NCBI RefSeq assembly: GCF_964194155.1
Contig: NC_135906.1
Span: 23,312,001-23,376,000 of the forward strand
DNA: 64,000 bases
Origin: Cetorhinus maximus
Taxonomy: Eukaryota
Direction: 5' to 3'
The stretch's first letter is position 1. Each line of letters begins with the position of its first letter. The translations under genes were made by a program, and so were the position numbers. Positions 1 through 12,600 of the stretch are shown piece after piece. The notes beneath the pieces were generated by a model. That model saw nothing but the letters and a program-made list of their open reading frames with translations. It ran no database searches and had not been told where the DNA came from.

Positions 1-19
1 TGTAGTAAGGGGTTGAGCG

Positions 20-180
20 TAATCCTGGAACTCCCTTCCCAACAGCACAGTGGGTGAATCTACAGCACATGGACCACAGCGGTTCAAGAAGGTGACTCAC
101 CACCACCTTCTCAAGGGCAACTGGGGATGGGCAATAAATGCTGGCCCAGCCAGCGAAGCCCACATTCCGTGAATGAATGA
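20..180 (+). mobile_element. LINE 3' tail (same family; other copies at about 23440-23930, 39060-39225 and 49115-49310, all minus strand)
   Basis: CCCAACAGCACAGTGGGTG...CAAGGGCAACTGGGGATGGGCAATAAATGCTGGCC...TGAATGAAT. Confidence 0.75.
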
Positions 181-248
181 AAAAATAATAATTGCATTTA
201 AGGGGACACTGGCTAAACACATGAGGGAGAAAGTAATAGAAAGACATA

Positions 249-838
249 GGGGAGAATTTTCTCCCCGTCAGTGGGGGAGCTGAGCGGGAGCGGGCAGGCG
301 CACTGCCGATTGCCGCCTGCGAACGGCTGTGCACCACCATTTTACATGGGCGGGGCCAATTAAGGCCCGCCCAGTGTGATGCGCACCCGGAAGCGCTGAG
401 CGCTCCCTGTGCGGGCCGGGGAGGGGGGAGGAGGGAGGGTTGGGGCCTGCGAAATCTCTCTGAGGCATGGAGAGCTGCCTCAGGGAGATTATTTTCATTA
501 TTAAAACTTCAAAAAAAAATGGGAAAAAATTATTCAGCCATGTCCCCTCCTGTGACAGTGTCACATGGAGCTGGGACTTGTCAGTAAATTTTAATAAAAA
601 ATTTTATTGGATTTATAAACACTTCATGAAACCTCAGCCCACCCGTGGATGAGGTTTCATGATAAATGCGAAGGCCGCCTGGGCTCTTCGCCTGCCCCCC
701 CCCCGCCAACCTTAAGGTTGGATGGGCAGCCCAGACAATTAGTTCAATAATGACCTTAATAGGCCTTTGACAGTTCAGCGGGCGTGCGGAACTGAAGATC
801 AGAATGACACGTGGTGACATCAGGACGCACGCCCGACA
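249..838. mobile_element. GC-rich non-autonomous element with internal palindromes, inserted in a CR1 tail
   Basis: Starts GGGGAGAATTTTCTCCCC (self-complementary); internal hairpin CATGAAACCTCA...TGAGGTTTCATG (625-661). The CR1 tail is split at about 248/840. A similar element lies at about 4000-4610. Confidence 0.5.
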
Positions 839-1299
839 ATAAGGTTAGATAAAACAGGATGGGAGAATGTTGGTGTGCAGCATATACCAGTATGGACCAG
901 TTGAGCTGAATGGCCCATTTCTGTGCTATACATTCTATGTAATTCTAAGTAACCTCGCACATTATTCTGCTGCCCCACTACATTTCTGCCTGAAGATCTG
1001 AAGTATGAATGCTGCATCAATTTTGACTGCCCTTGAAACTTAGTAAGCCTGTTACAATCCAGCAGACACACCTTCTAGCCTCTTAACTTAAGGCATTGCT
1101 CAACAATTCGGTTAAACTGTTTCCCACCCCTTTCCATCCTGCTGGTTTATCTATTAGCTCTCATAACATAAAAGATGACATATTTTGCTTCCTCCAACTC
1201 TAGGTATGATGATCTTGACAAAACAAACACTCCTCCCTTTGAACCATTCTATTTTGCCAGCATGAACAATGTATAATATTAAACTTGGCAGTTTGTTGG

Positions 1300-1728
1300 C
1301 TTTTTTTTAATTCATTCACGGGATGTTTGCTTTGCTGGCTGGACCAGCATTTATTGCCCATCCCTAGTTGCCCTTGAGGAGGTGGTGGTGAGCTGCCTTC
1401 TTGAACCGCTGCAGTCCATGTGGTGTAGGCACACCCACAGTGCTGTCAGGGAGAGAGTTCCAGGATTTTGACCCAGCGACAGTGAAGGAATAAACCATAA
1501 AAATACCGTGGCTGCAAGAGCAGGTCAGAGGCTGGGAATTCTGTGGCGAGTTATTCATCTTCTGATTCCCCAAAGCCTATCCACCATCTACAAAGCACAA
1601 GCCAGGAGTGTGATGGAATATTCTCCACTTGCCTGGATAAGTGCAGCTCCAACAACACTCAACAGGCTCAACTCCATCCAGGACAAAGCAACCCACTTGA
1701 CTGGCACCCCATCCACCACCATCAATAA
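1300..1728. mobile_element. LINE insertion with 5' inversion
   Basis: Tail on the minus strand (about 1308-1490) fused to an RT segment on plus (IYKAQARSVMEYSPLAW, about 1500-1725). Degenerate TSD GCAGTTTGTTGG / GCATTTAGTTGG. Confidence 0.65.
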
Positions 1729-2893
1729 GCATTTAGTTGGGGTTCCACATTAGTACACAAGGGAAAATTGTACTCAAAAGATGAATATTTAAATCCAAAC
1801 ATTTCAATGAGCACTGGGCATTTGAAACAAACTTAACTGTCCCTCTTTGTTTTCAGAAATGGGTGGCCTTTCAAAACAATGCCTGGTGACATGGAAAAGT
1901 TCAATGCAGAGTTCAGCCTTTTACCAAAATCATCACATTGAATCTCAGCAATATATATCAGCACCGGTCACAGTCATCCCAGTTGGTATTATTTGAACAC
2001 CTTTTACCTCAGGCCTGAATGTGCATCGTTGACTCCCGACGCAGAACGTTTCAGAACTTCTGCACACTACCCAAGTACAAGGAAAGCACCAACGGATGCG
2101 ACACGGTCAGCTGCCACTCCTCACAGTGAAACCAAATCAAAATTCAGTGGTGATGTAGTAAATTATCATAAGCAACACCCACGAGTAAATTCTACTTAAT
2201 ACAACACTGAGGCATGACTTCACAAGCAAGCCTTTTCGACTGCTCTCTAAAGAGGGGAAAATATATATGCATTTATATGGTGCCTTTTATGACCTTGGGA
2301 TGTGCCAAAGCGCTTGACAGCTAATGAAATACTTTAATAGTGTAATCGTTATTGTAATGTAGGAACCGCAACAGCCAATTTGTGCACAGCAAGCTCCCAG
2401 AAACAGCAATCTGATAACGGCTAGATAACCTGTTTTTGTGATGTTGATCAAGGGATAAATATTGTCCCAGGACACCAGGGAGAACGATATATAGGATCCA
2501 CAAGGAGGGTTTCCGTGACTGCCTGCCACTCTTCCCGAGCCTTGTGTACACCTAGCGACACTGGAGAGAGATCCACTGGCATGCACGAAGCCTCTCATGA
2601 TTGATGGTGGACACGTTCAAAACCAAATCACAAGTTAATTGCAGACGTTTCATTTATACCAGCTGGCGCCTGCCTCAAAACTTGTAGTGGTATTTTGTCC
2701 TGCTGGCATTGAGTAAGCCCAGTGCTACTTTAATAGTCTAAAACTCAGAATAGACCTAAGTCCTGGTTCGATCAAGTCTTTATTCACTGTATTATCTTCC
2801 CTGCTCTCATCACTTTTTTAAAGGACGAAGTACAAATTACTCTTGGGTGTTAATGTATATGGTATCACGTTGGTTGCCTGTTATACTCACTGC

Positions 2894-3330
2894 AGCTCAG
2901 TTAGTAGCACTCTTGCTGCTGATTTCACAAGGTTCTAAGTTCAAGTCCTACTCCAGGACTTGAGCACAAAAATCAAGGCTGACAGTGCAGTGCAGTGTTG
3001 AGGGTGTGGTGCACTGTCAGGGGGTGCTGTCTTTCAGTTGAAACGTTAAACTGAGGCCTCCAGCAATGTGCTTGTGTGGATGAAAAAGATTTCATCGAAT
3101 GGGGGAGTTCTCCCCAGTGCCCTGGCTAACATTTATCCCTCAGTCAACATCACAAAGAAACAGATTTTCCGGTCACTACCACTTTGCTGTTTGTGGGAGC
3201 TTGCTGTGCACAAATTGGCTGCAGCATTTGCTACATTACAACAGTGACTACATTTCAAAAGTACTTCATTGGCTGTAAAGCACTTTGAGACATCCAGTGG
3301 TCATGAAAAGTGCTATATCAATGCAAATCT
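2894..3330 (+). mobile_element. Deu-domain SINE (SacSINE1/AmnSINE1-like); more than 12 further copies or fragments in the window (e.g. 2260-2480, 4785-5095, 20545-20940, 38528-38860, 42100-42815, 48318-48910, 54275-54625, 60268-60670)
   Basis: tRNA-like head (AGCTCAGTTAGTAGC...GTTCAAGTCC) and a central domain resembling GATGAGACGTTAAACCGAGG...GATCCCATGGCAC...GGGAGTTCTCCCCGGTGTCCTGGCCAA, recalled as the Deu-domain. Confidence 0.7.
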
Positions 3331-6300
3331 TTCTTCCTTTTCCCCACATGAGGCTTTGTTTTGTCTTCATGGGCTTGGCAAACACATTATATAAACTTTT
3401 AACAGGTGCAGAGAGGTATGGCAGATCACAGTTAAAGAGCCTAAGTCCAACACTAATGTGGAAAAAACGGGACTTTCCTCCTCTCTGAAACCTGTTTGCC
3501 CAGTATTCCTTTTCGGGAAGCCAGCTCCCCTTTAAATGAAAATTAAATCAATACAAAGGAAAAAGATTGTGCACATAAAGGCTAATTGTTTTATGACTGT
3601 TTACCTTCAAAAGAAGCATTCTTGGTGAAACTTTGAAGGCTTAAGACAGATGCAATGAATTTACCATGTTATCTTGTGACAGATATACAGACACACCCTC
3701 GGGTGTTGTTCTACTACTATCAGTATATAGCTGTTCTTCCTTATTACAACATGCCAAGAATATGCCATTGCTCTTATCTATGGGACCCTGCAAGAGGTGT
3801 CATAAGTCAGGCTTAACTGAAACAGCACATTCAAACAAGACACCTTTATAAAAATATTGTATATTTAGCCTGTAATGCGGTTTTACAGGAGCTACAGGGA
3901 ATTTTTGCAGGTACTTTACTGGTCCTGGGATATATTCCATGCATCCTTTGCAGCTCCAAAATGGAGCTAACAAATGGTCAACGTCATGACTGTTCATATT
4001 GGGTGGAATCTTCTGCTTTTAGGCTCTGTAGTGAGCCTGGACCATTTCCAGGTTCCAACCCTGCTCCGCCTGTCAGGGCGCCCACCCGCCACATCTTCCC
4101 AGAGACAGCCAGGTCCGCTGTCCTATTAAGGGTGGAAAGCGAGTTCCCTAAGGCTGCAGGCTCAATCAGAGGATATGAAGAATGGCAGCCCCACTGGCAG
4201 AGCCGCCACTACCGGAGTTGTGTGTCGGGGGGGGGGGGGATTGGAATGCGAGGTGCCTCCAACTCGAGGTGCCCTCTGAAGAAGGTTTCTGCTTCACTTA
4301 AATAAATGGTAGCCACAGCAGTAAGGCCACCTCAGTAAAGGGGGAATCCCTCCCTAGGATGGCTGACAGCAGCATTCTGCCAATGGCTGATGGAGGAGTT
4401 GGTGTTGGAGGCCTCATGAGCCCCCTCATGACCAGCCACCTCCAGGCACCTGCAAGGCCTAAGTTGGGGGACCGGATATGCCAGGAAAATCCTGGTGGCA
4501 GCCTCTGGCAACCCACAAATGGACAATTAATTATGTCGATTGGCTAACCAGTGCTGCCAGGCGGGTAGACCCTTCAGCTGCAGATTTCCCCGGGATAGGA
4601 AAGTGTCGGCCCACTGACCCAACCTGTATTTCTCATCAATTCCTCCCCATTGGGTTTAAGCAGGGATTTAAAGAAGGAGAGGAGTGCGCGCATTACTTGC
4701 ACATTTCTAGCAGTGAGCCACACAAGACCCCTGTTCCACAGGTAAGGGTCTCCCTCTGGAACCTGGCTCAAGGCCTTTTTGACGTCCAGTGCAGTATTGA
4801 GGGAATGCTGGACTGTCAGGGGTACCACCTTTTGGATGAGACATTAAACCATCTGCCTGCTCAGAAGTGCAGGGGAGTTCTCCCCGGTGTCCTGGCCAAC
4901 ATTTATCCCTCAATCAACATCACTAAAAAAAAAACAGATTATCTGGTCATTATTACATTGTTGTTTGTTGGAACTTGCTTTATGCAAAATGGCTGCTGTG
5001 TTTCCAAATTACAACAGTGACTACACTTCAAAAGTACTTCATTGGCTTTGAGAAGTCTGATGATCATGAAAGACACTAATCAGTGCAAGTATTTCTTTTT
5101 TCATGTTTTCTCATGACAACATGTTCAATATTTGGCCACACTAGGGGAAAGTGAGACTCTTAGCCAAATATGACTATATCTTCATCCAACAGACACACAC
5201 CACAATGGTGCAATAATAACAAACATAAACCCTGGCAGATAATTTCCCCTTTCTAACAGAGGCCATTTGTAGTGGTCCCCATCACCCTTCCAGCCAAGGT
5301 CTGCTAGTTCAGCAAATTCCAATAATTGAGTCTCAAGAGTTTTCTGGTTTGCATGGTTCAATATAAAAATAAAGGCTTTTGCTGTTTTTTTAAAAAAAAA
5401 TAAGTATCTGATGTGAAACTTAGGTTTGAGAAGCTGAAAAAAATCTGCTGAGAACTATGTAGTACAAACACACTTAAAAAAACAAATACAGTCATTACAA
5501 TTGGGAAACGTCATATAGTTTTTCCGCACCCAACAACACAACCTAGTCTGATTTTATCTGTATGTTACGGGAAGGAAAGACATAATGAAGAAAATCGCCC
5601 ACTTATCCATGGGCAAGGCAGTGCAAATTTCTCATGTCAGATTGCTTGCCTCAGGTTTTCAAAGAACAAGGTTCAGGACTCCAAGTATGCGTAAGAGTAT
5701 TTCTTCAGTTCTTTGCGTGAAGCCAGTCCCGGCCCACAGCACCACAGCTTCTACCATGGGTAGGGCAAGGAGGCAGATCCTGAATCCACCCCAGTTAAAA
5801 TGGAGAATCAAACCTATGCTGTTGGCACCAACCTGACTCACACTGTTGCCTAGCCAACTGAGCCAACTGCACTCCACCTCGCCACCAACCTCCCCCTACC
5901 CCTACCCCTACCCCACCAAGGAGTCCAAGTTGCTGGGGCAACATACACTTTTATAAGCATGCTGTAGTCCAGAGCTATGAATAGTGATGGTAGAGCTCCA
6001 ATTTTCTTTCTATCACACGGATGACCAGGAATCTCTTCTACTTTTACTGCCAGCCATTGGCGTGTGTTGGAAGGATTTTCAGGTTGGCACTCAAGCTGTG
6101 TCATAAATACACCTTCCTGACTTAGAGGCAGGGTTGCAACCCCCTGAGCCACAAGACTTCTCTGGAGTTTAATTATTTAAAATCAGTCTATTTACTAGTG
6201 GGTTCCCTGTTGTTCATTCAGCTTGGATCACACAGCCCATTAGGAGAAGAAATCCCACCACCTCATCCCCTATGTCGAGTCTATCTCTGCAGGTTCCATT

Positions 6301-6429
6301 AATAAACTAGGTTAGCTGTTCAATAGCACCATAGGATATTGTCTAGTCTATGAAAGCATGTTCTCAATTCCAATCTCTCCATTGTTAGATGATAACCTTG
6401 GAGACAAAGTGGCCCACAAGGACCCCGCT

Positions 6430-6700
6430 AGTGTCTCTCTCTCTCCCCTATCATCCATCTTCTCTGCCACTCTTTCCTCACTACCCACCTCCTGCTCTCT
6501 CCCTTCCCTCACTGCCCCCCTCCTTTTTCTCTCTGCCACCACCCACCCACTCTCTCTCTCTCCACCACCCTCTCATCACACTCTACCACCTTCTCCCTCT
6601 TGCTTCCCAGCTCTCTCTATCACCCACACTCTTTCTCTCCCATTCTCACGCCAGCATCCAACTCCCACACTCTCTTCACCTCCCTCCCCCACCGAGCCAC
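6430..6700. repeat. Pyrimidine-rich (CT) low-complexity tract upstream of the peroxiredoxin promoter
   Basis: Almost G-free plus strand. Confidence 0.8.
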
Positions 6701-6843
6701 TCTTCTCAGGAAGTGGCTAATTATTAAAGTACTAACTATTAAAGTTGCATCATGATGAATGGATCTTGAAACTCTAAAGTCATGCTGACGTTGTCCATAC
6801 TGTGCCTGCCCCTTTAAATGGCTGGAGTGGGATTTTTTTTTTT

Positions 6844-6910
6844 TGCTGAGTCATTCTGGACGCAAGCTGCCTGAGATGTTTAAACCTCGCGAGTTCTGCT
6901 TCATTATAAA
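6844..6910 (+). promoter_or_regulatory. Peroxiredoxin proximal promoter: ARE/MARE (TGCTGAGTCAT, 6844-6854) and TATA box (TATAAA, 6905-6910)
   Basis: TGCTGAGTCAT is the reverse complement of ATGACTCAGCA, a full NRF2/sMaf antioxidant response element with an embedded AP-1 site, preceded by a T-run. TATAAA lies about 30 nt before an Inr-like CAGT (6934-6937). Local CpG enrichment. Confidence 0.75.
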
Positions 6911-6934
6911 GAGAAGCGGCAAGGCGGAGTGAAC

Positions 6935-6965
6935 AGTAGCTGCAGGAGCAAAGTGTGGAACCTGT
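6935..6965 (+). other. Putative non-coding exon 1 of the peroxiredoxin gene
   Basis: Follows the TATA box and ends at a strong donor CCTGT|GTAAGT (GT at 6966). PRDX1/2 genes have a non-coding first exon. The TSS is estimated. Confidence 0.65.
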
Positions 6966-8241
6966 GTAAGTATGGCAAAACATTTTTTTTTAAACAAAAG
7001 AGAGAGAGAGAGAGAGAGGGAGGTGCTTCTGTGCTGGAAGCAAACTTAGTAATGGGTTGTCTATTTCTGCTAGCGTGTAATTGCGTTTGCACGATTGTTT
7101 AATTTTTAAAGCTTTTGTTTTTAAAAGGTCGGTGGACTTGTTTCATTTTTGCAAAACAAAAAATAGTGTAATTACAGAGTCGAGCAGGGATCCTTTGTAA
7201 GTGCTGTGGCAGAGTTTGGAGTTTTGGTGGAGGGTGGGTTGAATGGTCTAGGAGCTGGAGCAAAAACACAAAGGACACTGTGTGTGTGTGTGACGCAAAT
7301 CCTCTTTGTTAAAGACATGTCGAAGCTTTTGTTTCCCCCCCCCCCCCCCCAACTTGACTAGGGGGAAGGGAGCTAGACCCTAGCTCAATTTTTAATAACT
7401 TTAGTAACGTTTTTATAAATTTAAAATATGGATGATTTGGGTCTTAAAGTATCTGTCCTACAAGATCCACTGGTTATCGACAACACGTCCTCCATTCATT
7501 TAAAGCAACTTCAGTATTAATTAAGGTATCACCCTAATGTCTATGTATCCGTAGCGGCCGAGGTATACCACATGGATTTAAAGCTAGCCATCCTGCAACG
7601 TTTAACTTTAAATGTTGCCAAACGATTTTTTTTAAAAAAAAAGCAGTTCTGTCTGGAAGCTTAGCGATGGAAGCTCTTATATTGTTAAAAATCAGGTCCT
7701 GGAATGTTTCCCTTGGTTAATGTAACTTGCTGAATTGTTTCAATTCGTGTTAGCACGTGTTGACCTTTGTGCAATTTCACTCTTTCGTGTGTTTGTCGTT
7801 CTGGAGAGTTGAGAGGACATGATACTTCCTCTTCAAACTTCTGCAATAACTAAACCCATCACGGTGATGGAAATGATATCTTAAAATAACTTCGCTGGTC
7901 AGTATTTCCTTGAGCTAGTATCATTGGACTCGTGAGCACCCTCCCTCTGCAGTTTCAGGGGGGAAATGAGGCTGTTATAAACGCAAAGTAATTAAATGGC
8001 TGCCATTAATGTCAGTGCCTACCTGCAGTGCAAATGAGGGAGAGAACTTATTGGCAGTTATTCCAACGTCAGGGTATTATGATTAATCCCAAATCTTTCA
8101 GAGCCTCAAGATTTCAGCTGCTCACTAACAGGAGGGAATCTTGCTCTTGAACAAAATATAAGGATTGATTTTAAAATGACATTGAAGTAAATACACATTC
8201 TCTGGCAAGTGCTGCTGTAGTCAAACGTTTAACTTGCTTGC

Positions 8242-8242
<1 letters not shown>

Positions 8243-8276
<34 letters not shown>
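8243..8276. repeat. (TG)n microsatellite
   Basis: Direct reading; about 17 units. Confidence 0.95.
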
Positions 8277-8277
<1 letters not shown>

Positions 8278-8367
8278 TCTTAAGTCTGGCTGCACCACTT
8301 CCAGTGGGAATTGAAGAACAGGTCTGATTTTTTTTCCCCCCTGCATACCAGTGTATGATGTTTACTT

Positions 8368-8704
8368 AGATAAAAGCAAAAAACTGTGGGTGCTGGAAAT
8401 CCAAAACAAAAATACCTGGAAAAACTCAGCAGGTCTGACAGCATCTGCAGAGAGGAACACAGTTAACATTTTGAGTCTGTACGACTCTTCAACAGAACTA
8501 AGGAAAAATAAAGAGGTGAAATATAAGCTGGTAAAATATAATATAAAAATAAATATAAGCCTCCCCTTAAACCAGCTTATATTTCACCTCTTTTCTATTT
8601 TTCCTTAGTTCTGTTGAAGAGTCATACAGACTCAAAACGTCAACTGTGTTCCCCTCAGCAGATGCTGTCAGACCTGCTGAGTTTTTCCAGGTACTAATGT
8701 TTTT
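8368..8704. mobile_element. Miniature palindromic Penelope pLTR insertion (two inverted hammerhead-bearing tails) in peroxiredoxin intron 1
   Basis: Inverted copies of the pLTR tail. 10-bp TSD ATGTTTACTT at 8358-8367 and 8705-8714. Confidence 0.85.
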
Positions 8705-9591
8705 ATGTTTACTTCACTGTTCCATGTCAATGATCCTAATCTCTAAGGGGGCTAATTTACATTTTTTTAGGTTACTGACAATGCTTTAACTAGGAGGTTG
8801 AATCTATTTGCTGGTTGGCCTTTTTTTTTTACCTACCTAGTAAAGTAAATGGGTGGTGATGAAGACTCCCTATGCCCAAGAACCATGGTTGTAGGAAATG
8901 CACAATAACTCTTTGTTGATCTAAAACAAGACCAGTGTACAAAACAAATTAGTTCTTCTGCAAATTTGAGCCTCAAACTGGGTGGGTTTATGTTTTGTAA
9001 CTTCTGCCACTGACTCTGCTGACTTTTACCTGGAAAGGCAGCCCTGTAGTGCCTTCTGAGAGTAAGGCCAGATATGAGCATTGACAGGCTATCCTGCTGC
9101 AGAGGACACCAGAATTGGGTCAATGAACACCCTTGGAGCAGGGTTCATTGCATAGAATAGATTAGAAATCCTGGCAGTAGTCCCTGCATAAAGTCAACAA
9201 TGTTTCCATTTCTGAGAATACTTGTTCCCAGCCCAGGCTGGGAGGCCAACTCCATGCTAAGTGTAAAGGAAGAAAATATTTTAACTATACTTCCTTGCAT
9301 GTGACTTTTTTTAAAATTTGAGCATAGTCTGTTACTCAGAACTTAGCTGCTGCAGCATTTAGTATGAGGTTTGGATCTGTTGGACTTTGGGCCAGGTCCT
9401 CTTGGGTTACTTAAAGCTGTAAATGTGTAATCCGACCTATGGGGCACCATAAACTGGTATGAATTCTTTCATAAGATGTCCAGGAGTGCCTGTTACAGTA
9501 ACTACTGTCCATCCCAGTGACTTAAATGCTGACTTTGCCTTGAATAACTCTCTCTCGCCTTCTCTTTTTCCCCATAAAGTAACTATTCAAA

Positions 9592-9697
9592 ATGGCAGCT
9601 GGAAATGCTAAAATTGGTCACCCTGCACCTGATTTCACTGCCAAGGCAGTGATGCCAAATGGAGAATTCCAGGACCTGACCCTCTCCAGTTACAAAG
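9592..9697 (+). CDS. prdx2: Peroxiredoxin coding exon (exon 2)
   Basis: Polypyrimidine tract and AG at 9578-9579; ATG at 9592; [15 protein letters not shown]...SSYK; donor G|GTAAAA. Confidence 0.93.
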
Positions 9698-12600
9698 GTA
9701 AAAACAATTGAGATACTGATTTATTTTTTTTTCTAGAGCCCCTTTTAAATGTTAACACTGTTTGCTGTATTGATTGTGGAGAAGTTTTTGCTTCAGTGTA
9801 TTGAATTGCAGTAATCTCTGAACCTGAACAGTACTTTGTCCTAATGCTGGAATCTGTGCAGAACAACTTTGTAGTAAATTGAAATACAAAGTCTGCTTTG
9901 GCTCTGAAGGCTGTACAGATCAGGTTGCTATTCTTTCCAGTATATATGATTAAGGGTGATCTAATTGTTTAAAACTGAAGATTTTGATTGGGTAGAAACT
10001 TTTTTTTGTGTGGGTTGGGAAGGTGCTGGCAAAATTGCAGACGTACCTCATATGCAATAATGACAGTTATAAAACTGCTTCCCTCCTGGCTGTAGAGGGT
10101 GGGGACAGTTGCTGAGTGGTTAGTTCTGCCATGAAAGCCTAAGTGATGGTGTTAATGGTTTCTGGCCAGTCAGGTGTGCACCTTTCGTAGGATAAACAAA
10201 GTGGTAGGATAGAGCCAGAAGCAAAGAATGAAGCTCTCTAATGGAGTTAATTTTAGACTGTTCTGTTTGTATATTGCAGCAGAGGCCATTTTATTAATTG
10301 CACCTGCACCAACTCTTGAAGGAGCAATCCAATTAGACCTGCCTATCCCTGGCCTTGTCCCATAGGTTTTGCAAAACCACCTGCTTCCACCACCTTTTCA
10401 GATGGTGCACTCTGGATCACAGCTTTGTTAATTTATTTAAAATTAAACACTTCTTACTGGAGAGTATTGGGTATGACTCTAGGTTCTTTTGGCATAGTAG
10501 CCTGCACCTTGGGATGAGCAGGGCTGCAGGGAATCAGATCCCTCTTTCTTTCAGTACAGGAAACCATTTGGCCAATCTTGTACAAGTTAAGTTGGAGTAA
10601 AAACTGTATTTTCCCCATAGTCCTATGTCTTGGCACAATTTTCCAAGGTTGATGCTGTTTCAGTCACATGCTATGGTAAAGTATTCCATGTTTCCAATAA
10701 GATGTCTTGTCCCTCCCTTTTTTGCTAGAAATTGTAAATTGACTCTCCAATAAGAAGTGAGCATGGAAATTATTTTAACAACTAAACCTCCACTTGGCTT
10801 TCTCAAATTTTGTGGAATAAATTGTTTTAGATGGCCTTAATCAGTATCTGAAGCTTAAACTGATCTTTCTCTTTCGTCCTGTCTCAGTTTATAAAATCAA
10901 ATTACAATTGACCATGAGGCTTTATTTACTTGGTGATTTTTGAGGCTTTTGATCCCTCTTTCAGTTCTCTTCCATGTTAAATTGCATTTGCCATCAATTT
11001 CATTTTTGATCACCTACCGAATATATTTTTAAGTTTTTGACAATTAGTTGTTTGGTAGTACAGAAGAGTATTGCTGAAGAGACACATCTAAGCTTTCTGG
11101 TACTCATCAGGACACTAGCAAGAATACTAATATAAAGGGGAAAGCCTTTTATATGGTGTGTGAAGTGATTGGTTGGCAAGTGGTATTGCCATGGAGAATG
11201 CACCACTGGTGACTGACAGTTAACTGCCAAGCCCATTGTTTGAAATTTAAACCAGGCAGCTTGGCCCTGATTGGTCAAGGCATTGATCTGAGGAATGAGT
11301 CAGCAAATGGCTGTCACTTTGAGCCTGTTTCAGCTAAACAAAATATGTACATGTTCCTTTCTGTGCAAAGAACAGGGCCCTGTGTATTAATATATGTAGT
11401 TTCCAGTACATGCAAATGCACCACACAGCAAGCCCAACTGGTAGTCTTAAATTGGTTGCCAGCATAATTCTTAGCACATTGGACAACATTTGCTAAATAA
11501 CTCTGAATCGCATCTAATGGTGGAGGCTGTTTTGCAAGTATGGGCTGGTTGGGTACAGTCTGTGCCCAGACTGTGAACTGTGGCTGGAGCATTCTTTTTG
11601 ATGCAATCTGCCAGTTTTTGGGATGTACAGCCTACACACCTAGCATTGCGCTGAAATTCATAGACCACATTACTCATGAGGCAGAACACCTTTTTTGGCT
11701 TGACAGCAGCATCCTGTTGGTGGTGACTGCCACTTGTGTTACTACTGCATATGAGCAGCATGGAACAGCTAGCTTCACCTGTTGCTCAAATTGGCAATAC
11801 CTTGCCTTTCCAGGGTAATCTGAGGTGGTCTCAGCACTTTTCAAGGCTGAAAGTGATGGCCTTAAACCCATTTGAGTTTACATGATGATATACTGTGTGA
11901 AATGATTGGTTATCCTGCAGGATGCCTTTATGCCCTATTTTGGCATCAAGCTTGCGTGGTATGAAAATGGCTCGGCCTTATTTACAAAGGTCCCAATATT
12001 TAATCATTCATGGGATGTGGGTGTCATTGGCCAGGCCAGCATTTATTGCCCTTATTCAGAGGGCATTTAAGAGTCAACCACATGTAAGCCATACCAGGTA
12101 AGGACAGTAGATTTCCTTCCCTAAAGGACAGGTGGATTTTTACCATCTCATATATATTGACCAGTGAAGGTGGACCATGGTAGAGAATCCTCTGGCAGAA
12201 TTCTCATTAATATGTCAAGGGAGGGGAGTTCATTTGACTGCTCCATTCATAAGTGAATTTGAGTGCAGGATGGAGCCCTTCAAGGCATGTAAGGAAAACT
12301 GTTACATGCAGCTGTGGTTTAAGCAAACATATCATCCACATATCAAGGGGTAGGAAGTTAGATGTCATTCCATCAAGGACACATTTCTCATGGAACCCAA
12401 CAAAGATGTTTGCAAGAGCTGGGCATAGAGGGGATCCCATGGCAACACCATTTATTTGGGCATACATGGTATCATTAAAACTGAACTCCCTGCATGAGTT
12501 GCTGAGTTTATAGTTCAATAAATACTAATTCACACAATGGTGGTGGGTCTAGATCAGCATGATATAGTGCTGCAGTGCAACTATATCCTTGACTTCCTTA

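Noticed and set aside
1-6400. RNASEH2A coding exons expected from human synteny
   Set aside because: No GVDEAGRGP or other RNase H2A peptide was found in this window.
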